DNA from: Myxococcota bacterium
Lineage (GTDB): Bacteria > Myxococcota_A > UBA9160 > JAFDDA01
Assembly (NCBI GenBank): GCA_965228475.1
Contig: OZ245817.1
Coordinates: 2,336,001-2,400,000, forward strand
DNA: 64,000 nucleotides
Direction: 5' to 3'
Shown: piece by piece, positions 9,780-17,292 of the stretch
Numbering within the stretch: position 1 is the first letter of the stretch
Layout of the letters: each line of letters starts with the position of its first letter
The notes under the pieces: model-generated
What the model was told of the DNA's origin: nothing
The model's input: the letters and a program-made list of their open reading frames with translations, nothing else
The model's database searches: none
Translations under genes and position numbers: made by a program

Positions 9780-10715
9780 ATGACGACCGCCGCTTCGAAC
9801 ACCCTCGCACCCGGTTCGCGCCACGAGATCCCCGTGCGCGACCCCGGCTTCGCCTTCGACGCCTCGATCCCGCGCCACTGGCTCGCGGACAACCCGATCG
9901 CCACGCACTTCTTCAACGGCCTGAACCTGGTCTTCCCGGACGGGGAGCGCTGCTTCATTCGCGCCGTTTCCGACCACGCCTCCGAGATCCGGGATCCGGC
10001 GCTTCGCGAGCAGGTGAGCGCCTTCTTCGGCCAGGAGGCGCGCCACGCCGCCGAGCACGAGCGCTACTTCGACACGCTCCGCGAGCAGGGCTACGAGATC
10101 GACCGGTTCCTGGGCCGCTTCGGCCGGCTCGCCCGCCTCTCGAACCGCCACCTGCCGCGCAGCCTGCGCCTTGCCATGACCGCCGGTGCCGAGCACTGGA
10201 CCGCGGTCTTCGGCGCACAGGCGCTCGAGGACGAGCTCCTGCTGAAGCGGGCCCACCCGACGCTCCGCAACCTGATCCTCTGGCACGCGACCGAGGAGAT
10301 CGAGCACAAAGCGGTGGCCTTCGACGTCTTCATCGAGGCATACGGACGGGGGCCGCTCGGGTGGCTCCTGCGCATGGTCGGCTACGGCGCAGCGACCGTG
10401 ATCCTGTTCGGCTGGACGATCGCCGGAACGCGGATGCTCCTCCGGCAGGACGACCTGCGCCGCAACGACGTCGACCGCGCCCGGCGCGAGCTCCGGACGC
10501 ACCATCGCTGGGCGAACCTGAAGGCGACCCTTCGGGCGGCGGCCTCGTATCTGCGCCCGGGCTTCCACCCGAACGAGACCGACGAACTCGGCCTCGCCCA
10601 CGCGCGGCTCGCCGAGTTCGGCATCACCGACGGCTCCGGAGCGGGCCTCGCCGAGGCACCCGGCGAGTCCCCGCCCGGGGCCGGCGCGGCGCTGGCGGCG
10701 GGAGGTGCGGCCTGA
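9780..10715 (+). CDS. 'Metal-dependent hydrolase' family protein (ferritin-like, ExxH ligands)
   Basis: FPDGERCFI, GQEARHAAEH, GAEHWTA, WHATEEIEHKAVAFDV and YLRPGFHP motifs. Confidence 0.88.
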   Translation: MTTAASNTLAPGSRHEIPVRDPGFAFDASIPRHWLADNPIATHFFNGLNLVFPDGERCFIRAVSDHASEIRDPALREQVSAFFGQEARHAAEHERYFDTLREQGYEIDRFLGRFGRLARLSNRHLPRSLRLAMTAGAEHWTAVFGAQALEDELLLKRAHPTLRNLILWHATEEIEHKAVAFDVFIEAYGRGPLGWLLRMVGYGAATVILFGWTIAGTRMLLRQDDLRRNDVDRARRELRTHHRWANLKATLRAAASYLRPGFHPNETDELGLAHARLAEFGITDGSGAGLAEAPGESPPGAGAALAAGGAA

Positions 10716-11371
10716 GTCCGAAGGCGGCGACCCGGCCGCGCGGCGCCGAGAGTCGCGAGCGGCTGCTCGAGGCCGCGATCGCGCTCGTCTCGGAGCGGGG
10801 CGTGCGCGGTGCGGCGGTCGGGCCGCTGTGTGAGCGCGCGGGCGTCGCGCGCACGGCGCTCTACTGGCACTTCGAGAGCAAGGAGGGCCTGATCGCCGAA
10901 GTCATCGAAGCGATCGGCAGCCAGCTCATCGAGCGCATCCAGAAGCAGGTCTACCTCGAGGGCGACCCGATCGAGCGGGTCACGCGCCTCGTCGACGGCT
11001 GGCGCGAGCTCCTCGACGAAGCGCCCGAGCTGATCCGGCTTCCGATGCTCGTGCAGCTCGAACACGGCGAGGACCCGAGCGGCCTTCTGCCGCGTGCGGT
11101 CGCGCGCGTGCTCGACCGGGCCGAGGGCGCGCTGGTGGAAGGTCTCGAGGACACGCTCGGCGCGGAGATCGACGCGCCGGCCCAGGTGGCCTGGACGATC
11201 ATGGCGCTCCTGCAGGGCGCCGCCGTGCGCCAGGTCGCGCGGCCCGACGAAGGTCTGGATGCCTTCTTCGACGAGCTGCGCCGGACGATCGTGCTGGTGA
11301 TCGCCTCGCGACTCTCGCCGGCCGCCCAGCGGGAGATCGAAGCAACCCTGGCCGGGCGGGTGCGCCCCTAA
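10712..11371 (+). CDS. TetR/AcrR-family transcriptional regulator (start uncertain, possibly CTG)
   Basis: SRERLLEAAIALVSERG...AGVARTALYWHFESKEGLI HTH. GGAGG at 10701-10705 precedes a CTG that overlaps the upstream TGA. Confidence 0.85.
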   Translation: MSPKAATRPRGAESRERLLEAAIALVSERGVRGAAVGPLCERAGVARTALYWHFESKEGLIAEVIEAIGSQLIERIQKQVYLEGDPIERVTRLVDGWRELLDEAPELIRLPMLVQLEHGEDPSGLLPRAVARVLDRAEGALVEGLEDTLGAEIDAPAQVAWTIMALLQGAAVRQVARPDEGLDAFFDELRRTIVLVIASRLSPAAQREIEATLAGRVRP

Positions 11372-11439
11372 CGAAGCAACGCTTGCAGAGCGGGTGCGCC
11401 CCTAGCGAAGCAACGCTCGCAGAGCGGGTGCGCCCCTAA
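11356..11439. repeat. 34-bp tandem repeat, about 2.5 copies, between convergent genes
   Basis: GCGGGTGCGCCCCTA(A/G)CGAAGCAACGCT(T/C)GCAGA starts at 11356 and 11390, with a partial copy at 11424. Confidence 0.9.
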
Positions 11440-12527
11440 AGTTCGATGCGTGCCGCCTGGGCCGGGTCCGCGAAGTCGAGGCCCTGCTCGCGGTAGACCT
11501 TCCGCACCGCCTGGGTGTCGTCGCCGAAGGTGTGGATGTCGGTGACGGTCCGCTCGGCCGGATCGACGCGCCAGCCCTGGGCCAGGTAGCCCGGCACGAG
11601 CCGGTCCGGAACGAGTCCGATGCGCAGCAGGTTCGGGAGCACCGTCTGGGCCATGGGATCCCGCAGCCCCTCGAGGTCGAGGTTCTCCGGGTGCTGCACC
11701 TCCGAAAGGAACTTCGGGAGGAACTCGCCGAGGTCGATCCCGGTCTGGGCGAGCGCCTGGAACTGCGACTGGAAGGCCGGCTTCCCGGCGCGGCCGCCGA
11801 TGCGCGCGATCGCGTCGTAGGCCCAGTTCTCGAGCCGTTCGCGCGTCTCCGGGGCGAGGGCGGGGATCCGGTCTTCGAGCGTGAGGACGCCGTAGGCGAC
11901 GTGGCGCGCCTCGTCCTCGTGCACGCGCCCGATGAACTGGGCGAGGACGGGTTCGATGGCCATCTCCTCGCCGAGGCGGAAGAAGGAGAGGGCGATGCTC
12001 TCGAGGATGACCTGCATGCCGACGCACTTCGCTTCCCAATCGCGCTCGGCCAGCAGCTCGGTGACGATGCGCTGCAGGTCCGGGTCGATCGGGAAGCGCG
12101 TGCCGTGGCAATCGAGATAGCGGGCGAAGACTTCCACGTGGCGCGCTTCGTCGATCACCTGGGCCGCGGCGGCGAACTTGCCGTCCATGTCCGGCACGGC
12201 GTTCACGAGCTGGCCGCAGGTCATGAGCGCGGCCTGCTCGCCGTGCAGGACCTGGGAGATGAGGAAGAGGTTCGCGGTCTTGAACAGCCGCGCGCGGTCC
12301 TCGTCCGGCAGTTCCTGCACGCAGCGCAGGCGCGAGAGGAAGTCCGCCTTCGGATCGAGGATGTAGGCGCTCGGCTCGAAGTCGTTCCAGTCGACGTCGA
12401 GCTCGGCGTTCCACTGGTGGCGCTTCGACTTGCTGTAGAGGGACTCGAGCTTCTCGTGCTCGAGGCCGTAGTCGTCGCGGAAGGTGCTCGCGACGAGGGC
12501 GTCGGTGGTGAACTGGGACGGGTCCAT
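11436..12527 (-). CDS. Ferritin-like di-iron protein (AurF-like superfamily)
   Basis: LHGEQAAL, DEARHVEVF, LESIAL and DEARHVAYG give two ExxH motifs. Confidence 0.85.
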   Translation of the reverse strand: MDPSQFTTDALVASTFRDDYGLEHEKLESLYSKSKRHQWNAELDVDWNDFEPSAYILDPKADFLSRLRCVQELPDEDRARLFKTANLFLISQVLHGEQAALMTCGQLVNAVPDMDGKFAAAAQVIDEARHVEVFARYLDCHGTRFPIDPDLQRIVTELLAERDWEAKCVGMQVILESIALSFFRLGEEMAIEPVLAQFIGRVHEDEARHVAYGVLTLEDRIPALAPETRERLENWAYDAIARIGGRAGKPAFQSQFQALAQTGIDLGEFLPKFLSEVQHPENLDLEGLRDPMAQTVLPNLLRIGLVPDRLVPGYLAQGWRVDPAERTVTDIHTFGDDTQAVRKVYREQGLDFADPAQAARIEL

Positions 12528-12711
12528 CGGGTTCTCCCGGGCGCAGCGAGGGGGCAGCTTAACGGTCGGTCAACTGGCGGGTCAATCGAAACTCCCGCAT
12601 GGAATCCGGAGGGGTGCAGGTTTTACGCTCCGCTTACGAAAGAAAAGCGGATCCCGGTGACACCGCAGCCCGGTTGCGGGCGACTCACGAGCAGCCAACC
12701 AAGGAGCTGCC

Positions 12712-12945
12712 ATGCCCGTGCGTCCGCTTGCCCGTCTCGAGAACCTCGCGCTGCGCGCCTTCACCGCGCTCACCGTGCTCTTCGTCGCTTCGCCGAGCCT
12801 TGCCGTGACGGACCCGCGGGCCGTCCAGGGCGCCGCCGATTCCCTCGGCCCGGCGATCCCGGAGCCGAGCTCGATCCTGCTCTTCCTGGCGGGCGTCGGG
12901 GTGGTGGCCTGGGGCGTGAAGAACCGCCGCTCCCGCATCGACTGA
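12712..12945 (+). CDS. Minimal PEP-CTERM protein (77 aa)
   Basis: SD AAGGAG, signal peptide ending SLA, then IPEPSSILLFLAGVGVVAWGVKNRRSR. Confidence 0.7.
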   Translation: MPVRPLARLENLALRAFTALTVLFVASPSLAVTDPRAVQGAADSLGPAIPEPSSILLFLAGVGVVAWGVKNRRSRID

Positions 12946-13010
12946 TCGCCCGCGAGCATCGACTAGGACTGGAACACGTTCTATTTTGAGCCTCCCACTG
13001 GGAGGCTTCC

Positions 13011-13814
13011 ATGTCCGACCCCGCCGTTCTCGTCGAGAAAGACGGTCCGATCCTGACCGTCACCCTGAACCGTCCCGAGAAGCGCAACGCCGTCAACTGC
13101 GAGGCGCTCTGCCGTCTCTACGACGCGTGGGTCGACCTCGACCAGGACGACGCCCTGCGGGTCGCGATCCTGACGGGCAAGGGCGAAACCTTCTGCGCCG
13201 GCATGGACCTCGCCGAGATCGGCAAGCTCCAGAAGGGCATCCGCGACAACGAATGGCTCGAGCGCGTCGGCCGCGAGCCCCACGTGATCTTCGGCGGCTG
13301 GCTCAAGACCTACCGGCCGGGCAAGCCGCTCATCCTCGCCGCCGAAGGCTTCGCCCGCGCCGGCGGGACGGAGATCCTCCAGGGCACGGACATCCGTGTG
13401 GCGGGGGAGAGCGCGTGCTTCGGCGTGACCGAGGTCCAGCGCTCGCTCTTTCCGATGGCGGGCTCCGCGGTCCGTCTGCGGCGCCAGATCCCCTACGCGA
13501 TCGCCGCGGAGATGCTGCTCGCCGGCGAGGACCTTCCGGCCCGGCGGGCCTACGAGCTCGGCCTGGTGAATCACGTCGTGCCGGACGGGCAGGCCCTCGC
13601 GAAGGCCCGGGAGATCGCCGAGCGGATCGCGGCGAACGGGCCCCTCGCGGTGAAGGCCCTCGTCGCGACGCTGCGGGAGACCGAGACCCTGCCCGAGCCC
13701 GTGGCCTTCGAGATCGAGCAGAAGCACGCCATGCCCGTGATGATGTCGAAGGACGCCATCGAGGGGCCGAAGGCCTTCCTCGAGAAGCGGCCGCCCGTCT
13801 TCAAGGGGCATTAG
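13011..13814 (+). CDS. Enoyl-CoA hydratase (EchA19-like)
   Basis: LNRPEKRNA, FCAGMDL and GGTEILQGTDIRVAGESA...GSAVRLRRQIPY, resembling mycobacterial EchA19 as recalled. Confidence 0.9.
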   Translation: MSDPAVLVEKDGPILTVTLNRPEKRNAVNCEALCRLYDAWVDLDQDDALRVAILTGKGETFCAGMDLAEIGKLQKGIRDNEWLERVGREPHVIFGGWLKTYRPGKPLILAAEGFARAGGTEILQGTDIRVAGESACFGVTEVQRSLFPMAGSAVRLRRQIPYAIAAEMLLAGEDLPARRAYELGLVNHVVPDGQALAKAREIAERIAANGPLAVKALVATLRETETLPEPVAFEIEQKHAMPVMMSKDAIEGPKAFLEKRPPVFKGH

Positions 13815-13899
13815 GCCTCACTCGCGGAGGGCGGCCCGCCGGATCTCGCGCGTCCGGCACGCTGACGTACACTCGAAGGCGACTCCCCAGGAGGCCTCC

Positions 13900-15372
13900 A
13901 TGGCTCGCTACGCCTACGACCGTCTCACGGCCCTCGACAACTCCTTCCTCCTCTTCGAGCGCCCGAACGCCTACATGCACGTCGCATCGACCCAGGTCTT
14001 CGAGATCGGGCCCCTGCGCACCGCCGACGGCGGAGTCGATGCCGAAGCGATCCGCAAGGCGATCGGCGCCCAGCTGCACCTGATCCCGCGCTACCGGCAG
14101 AAGCTCGCCAAGACGCCGATCGAGGGCCGCCCGGTGTGGGTGGACGATCCGGCGTTCAACCTCGACTACCACGTTCGCCACACGAGCCTGCCGAAGCCCG
14201 GCAACGAGGCGCAGCTCAAGCGGCTCTCCTCGCGGGTCATGGAGCAGCACCTCGACCGCCAGCGGCCCCTCTGGGAGATCTGGATCGTCGAAGGCCTCGA
14301 CGACGATCACTTCGCGATGATCTCGAAGGTCCACCACTGCATGATCGACGGCGTGTCGGGCGTGGACCTGCTCCGCATCCTGATGGCACCGACGCCGGAC
14401 CAGCAGATTCCCGAGGCCCCGATGTTCATCCCGCGCCCGGAGCCCTCGGGGTTCGAGCTGCTGCGGGACGAGGCCATGCGCCGGATCGCCATGCCTTTCA
14501 AGCTGCTCGGGGGGCTCGGCGAGCTCGTCGGCGAGGCGCGGGACGCTCGCCGCGACCTGGTGAACCGCGTCCAGTCGCTCTCCTCGATGATCGGCCGCAC
14601 CCTACGCAGCGCCACGGAGACGCCGCTCAACCGCGACATCGGCCCGCACCGCCGCTTCGACTGGTTCAAGATGGAGCTCGACGAGCTGAAATCGATCCGG
14701 CGCGCGCTCGACGGGTCGCTGAACGACGTCGTGCTCACGATCGTGACCGGTGCCGTGCAGCGCTTCCTCGAGGCGCGCCAGTGCGACACCCACGACATCT
14801 GCTTCCGCGTGATGGCGCCAGTCAGCGTCCGGGCCAAGCAGGAGCAGGGTGCCCTCGGCAACCGGGTCTCGGCCTGGATCATCGACCTTCCGGTGGGCGA
14901 GGCGGACCCGACGGCGCGCTTCAAGAACATCCACGAGCAGACGACCCAGCTGAAGCAGAGCAAGGAGGCCGTGGCGGCGGAGCTCCTCACCCAGGCGGCC
15001 GAGTTCACGCCCACCGGGCTGCTCGCCCTCGGTGCGCGCAACGTGACGCGCATGCTCCCCTTCAATCTGGTCGTGACCAACGTGCCCGGGCCGCAGTTCC
15101 CGATGTACATGCTCGGCGCGCAGATGCTCGACATCTACCCGCACGTCCCGCTGATGGATCATCTCGGGCTCGGCATCGCGCTGATGAGCTACGACGGCCA
15201 GCTTCACTGGGGTTTCAACGCGGACTACGACGTCGTTCCGGACCTGCGGGACTTCGTCGAGGACATCCAGGCCGCGTACCACGAGCTCGCGCGGGCGGCC
15301 GGGGTTTCCGTGGAAGGCGCCCGGCCGGCCCCGAAAGGCAACGGGGCGGCAGCGCCCTCGCCGAGCGCCTGA
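13900..15372 (+). CDS. Wax ester synthase / diacylglycerol acyltransferase (WS/DGAT)
   Basis: RLTALDNSFL, catalytic HHCMIDG, and NLVVTNVPGP. Confidence 0.93.
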   Translation: MARYAYDRLTALDNSFLLFERPNAYMHVASTQVFEIGPLRTADGGVDAEAIRKAIGAQLHLIPRYRQKLAKTPIEGRPVWVDDPAFNLDYHVRHTSLPKPGNEAQLKRLSSRVMEQHLDRQRPLWEIWIVEGLDDDHFAMISKVHHCMIDGVSGVDLLRILMAPTPDQQIPEAPMFIPRPEPSGFELLRDEAMRRIAMPFKLLGGLGELVGEARDARRDLVNRVQSLSSMIGRTLRSATETPLNRDIGPHRRFDWFKMELDELKSIRRALDGSLNDVVLTIVTGAVQRFLEARQCDTHDICFRVMAPVSVRAKQEQGALGNRVSAWIIDLPVGEADPTARFKNIHEQTTQLKQSKEAVAAELLTQAAEFTPTGLLALGARNVTRMLPFNLVVTNVPGPQFPMYMLGAQMLDIYPHVPLMDHLGLGIALMSYDGQLHWGFNADYDVVPDLRDFVEDIQAAYHELARAAGVSVEGARPAPKGNGAAAPSPSA

Positions 15373-15440
15373 CCGGTTCACGAGGCGCGGGCCGGGTCTG
15401 ACCCGAAGTCGGCCAAGTCGCACATTCGTTGCCGTGATCC

Positions 15441-15484
15441 GGCGCACGGCCGGGTCGCTTTGGGCGCACGGCCGGGTCGCTTTG
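15441..15484. repeat. Perfect 22-bp direct tandem duplication
   Basis: GGCGCACGGCCGGGTCGCTTTG at 15441-15462 and 15463-15484. Confidence 0.9.
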
Positions 15485-15497
15485 CCCGCGTCTTCGA

Positions 15498-15523
15498 TCA
15501 ACCCCCCGACGCGACCGTCCGAT
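15498..15523 (+). promoter_or_regulatory. Sigma-28-like promoter
   Basis: TCAAC-15 nt-TCCGAT upstream of the PilZ-type gene. Confidence 0.55.
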
Positions 15524-15546
15524 GAGGGAGGGGAAGGGGGGGATCC

Positions 15547-16269
15547 ATGGCGGGCTCCCGAACCGTCCTGCTCCTCGATGGATTCGACGTCTCCATGGAG
15601 ACCGTGACCGAGCGCCTGCGCGCGCTGCGGATTCCGGCCGTGCGCGCGAAGACCGCGGACGAGGCCTTCGTGCTCGCCGAGGGCCAGGCCATCGGTGCCG
15701 TCGTGCTTCCGAGCGACCTGTTCGGGCCCGATGCCCACGGCGTCGTCGCCGCCCTGCGCGCCTGCTCGGCCGGCCAGCGGCTGAGCTTCCTCGCTGCGGG
15801 CCCCGAGCCCGACGAAACGCGCCGCACCGAGCTGCGCGAGGCGGGTGTGGCCTTCGCCCTGTTCGACCCCTACGACGACGCCCTGCTTCGCTTCCAGGTG
15901 AATCGCGCCCTGGCGGCGGCGGACGGCCTCCAGCCGCGGTCGGCGCTTCGCGTCCCGTGCAGCGCCCCCGCGCGGGCCCGCACCGGGAACCGCGAGAAGC
16001 CCGGGCGGCTCTACACGATCTCCGAACTCGGGCTCTTCTTCGAGACGCCGCGTGCTTCGATGCGCGGCGCCGCCGTCGAGTTCGAGATCCAGCTCGAGGG
16101 CCGGATGGTCCGGGCGGCCGGGCAGGTCGCCATGAGCAACGTCCCCGGCAACCTGAACAACCCGAAGCTCCCGGTCGGGATCGGCGTGGCGTTCAGCGAC
16201 GTCGAGGACGAGAGCACGAGCGTGCTGCGCCAGACCGTCGAAGAGATCGCCCACGCCCTCGACGTCTAG
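15547..16269 (+). CDS. Degenerate receiver-like domain plus PilZ-like domain
   Basis: N-terminal REC-like pattern (VLLLD...), RSALR (RxxxR), TISELG, and GIGVAF at the end of the PilZ barrel. Confidence 0.65.
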   Translation: MAGSRTVLLLDGFDVSMETVTERLRALRIPAVRAKTADEAFVLAEGQAIGAVVLPSDLFGPDAHGVVAALRACSAGQRLSFLAAGPEPDETRRTELREAGVAFALFDPYDDALLRFQVNRALAAADGLQPRSALRVPCSAPARARTGNREKPGRLYTISELGLFFETPRASMRGAAVEFEIQLEGRMVRAAGQVAMSNVPGNLNNPKLPVGIGVAFSDVEDESTSVLRQTVEEIAHALDV

Positions 16270-16344
16270 GGCCCCGGCGCCCCGGCTCTTCGTGAAGGAT
16301 CGGCCGGGCGGATCGAACCGCCTCCCCGCTATGCTGCCCGCGCC

Positions 16345-17292
16345 GTGCCCGTCCACAGCACCTCCGGAAGAAGCCGGCTGGGGTTCGCCCTCGCGACGGC
16401 GACGATGCTCTCCTGGGGCACGCTGCCCGTGGCGCTCTCGGCGATCCTCGCTCGCCTCGATGCGCTCACCATCACCGGCGTCCGCTTCTTCGTTTCGGCA
16501 GCGGTCCTCGCCGGGGCGCTGCTGGTGAGCCGCCGCCTGCCGAAGCGCGCCGGTCTGCGCGCGAGCGGCTGGGGCCTGCTCGTCCTGGCGACGGCCTTCC
16601 TCGCCGCCAACTACCTGGCCTACATCGTCGGTCTCGATCACACGACGCCCGCCGACGCCCAGGTGCTGATCCAGGGCGCGCCGATCCTGCTGGCGCTCGC
16701 CGGGATCTTCGTCTTCGGCGAGCCGTTCTCCCGCGTGCAGTGGGTCGGCTTCGCGATCCTGGTGGCGGGCCTCGGGCTCTTCTCCCTGAGCCGCTTCGAG
16801 GCCGAACTCGGCGCCCGCCACGGCTTCGGCAACGCGATGATCGCGCTCGCTGCGGTGACCTGGGCGGGGTACGGCATCGCCCAGAAACAGCTCCTCCGCG
16901 TACTGCCTTCCCAGCACATCATGCTGACGATCTACGTGGGCTGCGCCGCGATCTTCCTGCCGCTCGGATCCTTCGCCTCGCTCGGGAGCCTCGACGGAGC
17001 GGGCTGGGCGCTCCTGCTCTTCTGCGCGCTCAACACGGTCGTGGCCTACGGGTGCTTCTCGGAGGCGCTCGAGCACTGGGAGGCCTCCCGGGTCTCCGCG
17101 GTACTCGCGCTGACGCCGCTGGCGACGCTCGTCTTCCAGCGCCTGTGCGTGCTCGTCTGGCCGGGCTTCGACCCGGGCCCGCCGCTCGGTGCGCTCGCGA
17201 TCGCCGGGGCCTTCATCGTCGTGGTCGGCTCCCTCACGACCTCGATGGGGGCGCCGAAGGCGCTTCCCGCGATCGAGGCGGTCGAAGCATGA
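16345..17292 (+). CDS. DMT/EamA-family transporter
   Basis: About 10 TM helices, WGTLPVAL and AYGCFSEALEHWEASRVSAVLALTP. Confidence 0.9.
   Translation: MPVHSTSGRSRLGFALATATMLSWGTLPVALSAILARLDALTITGVRFFVSAAVLAGALLVSRRLPKRAGLRASGWGLLVLATAFLAANYLAYIVGLDHTTPADAQVLIQGAPILLALAGIFVFGEPFSRVQWVGFAILVAGLGLFSLSRFEAELGARHGFGNAMIALAAVTWAGYGIAQKQLLRVLPSQHIMLTIYVGCAAIFLPLGSFASLGSLDGAGWALLLFCALNTVVAYGCFSEALEHWEASRVSAVLALTPLATLVFQRLCVLVWPGFDPGPPLGALAIAGAFIVVVGSLTTSMGAPKALPAIEAVEA

Noticed and set aside
11356..11439. Possible mini CRISPR array (34-bp periodicity)
   Set aside because: Units are contiguous and near-identical with no unique spacers, and no cas genes are present. It is a tandem repeat.
12600..12700. 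c-di-GMP-I riboswitch upstream of the mini PEP-CTERM gene (GAAA-containing hairpin)
   Set aside because: A TCCGCTT...AAGCGGA stem is present, but I could not find the conserved GEMM flanking motifs or second stem. An Rfam search would be needed.
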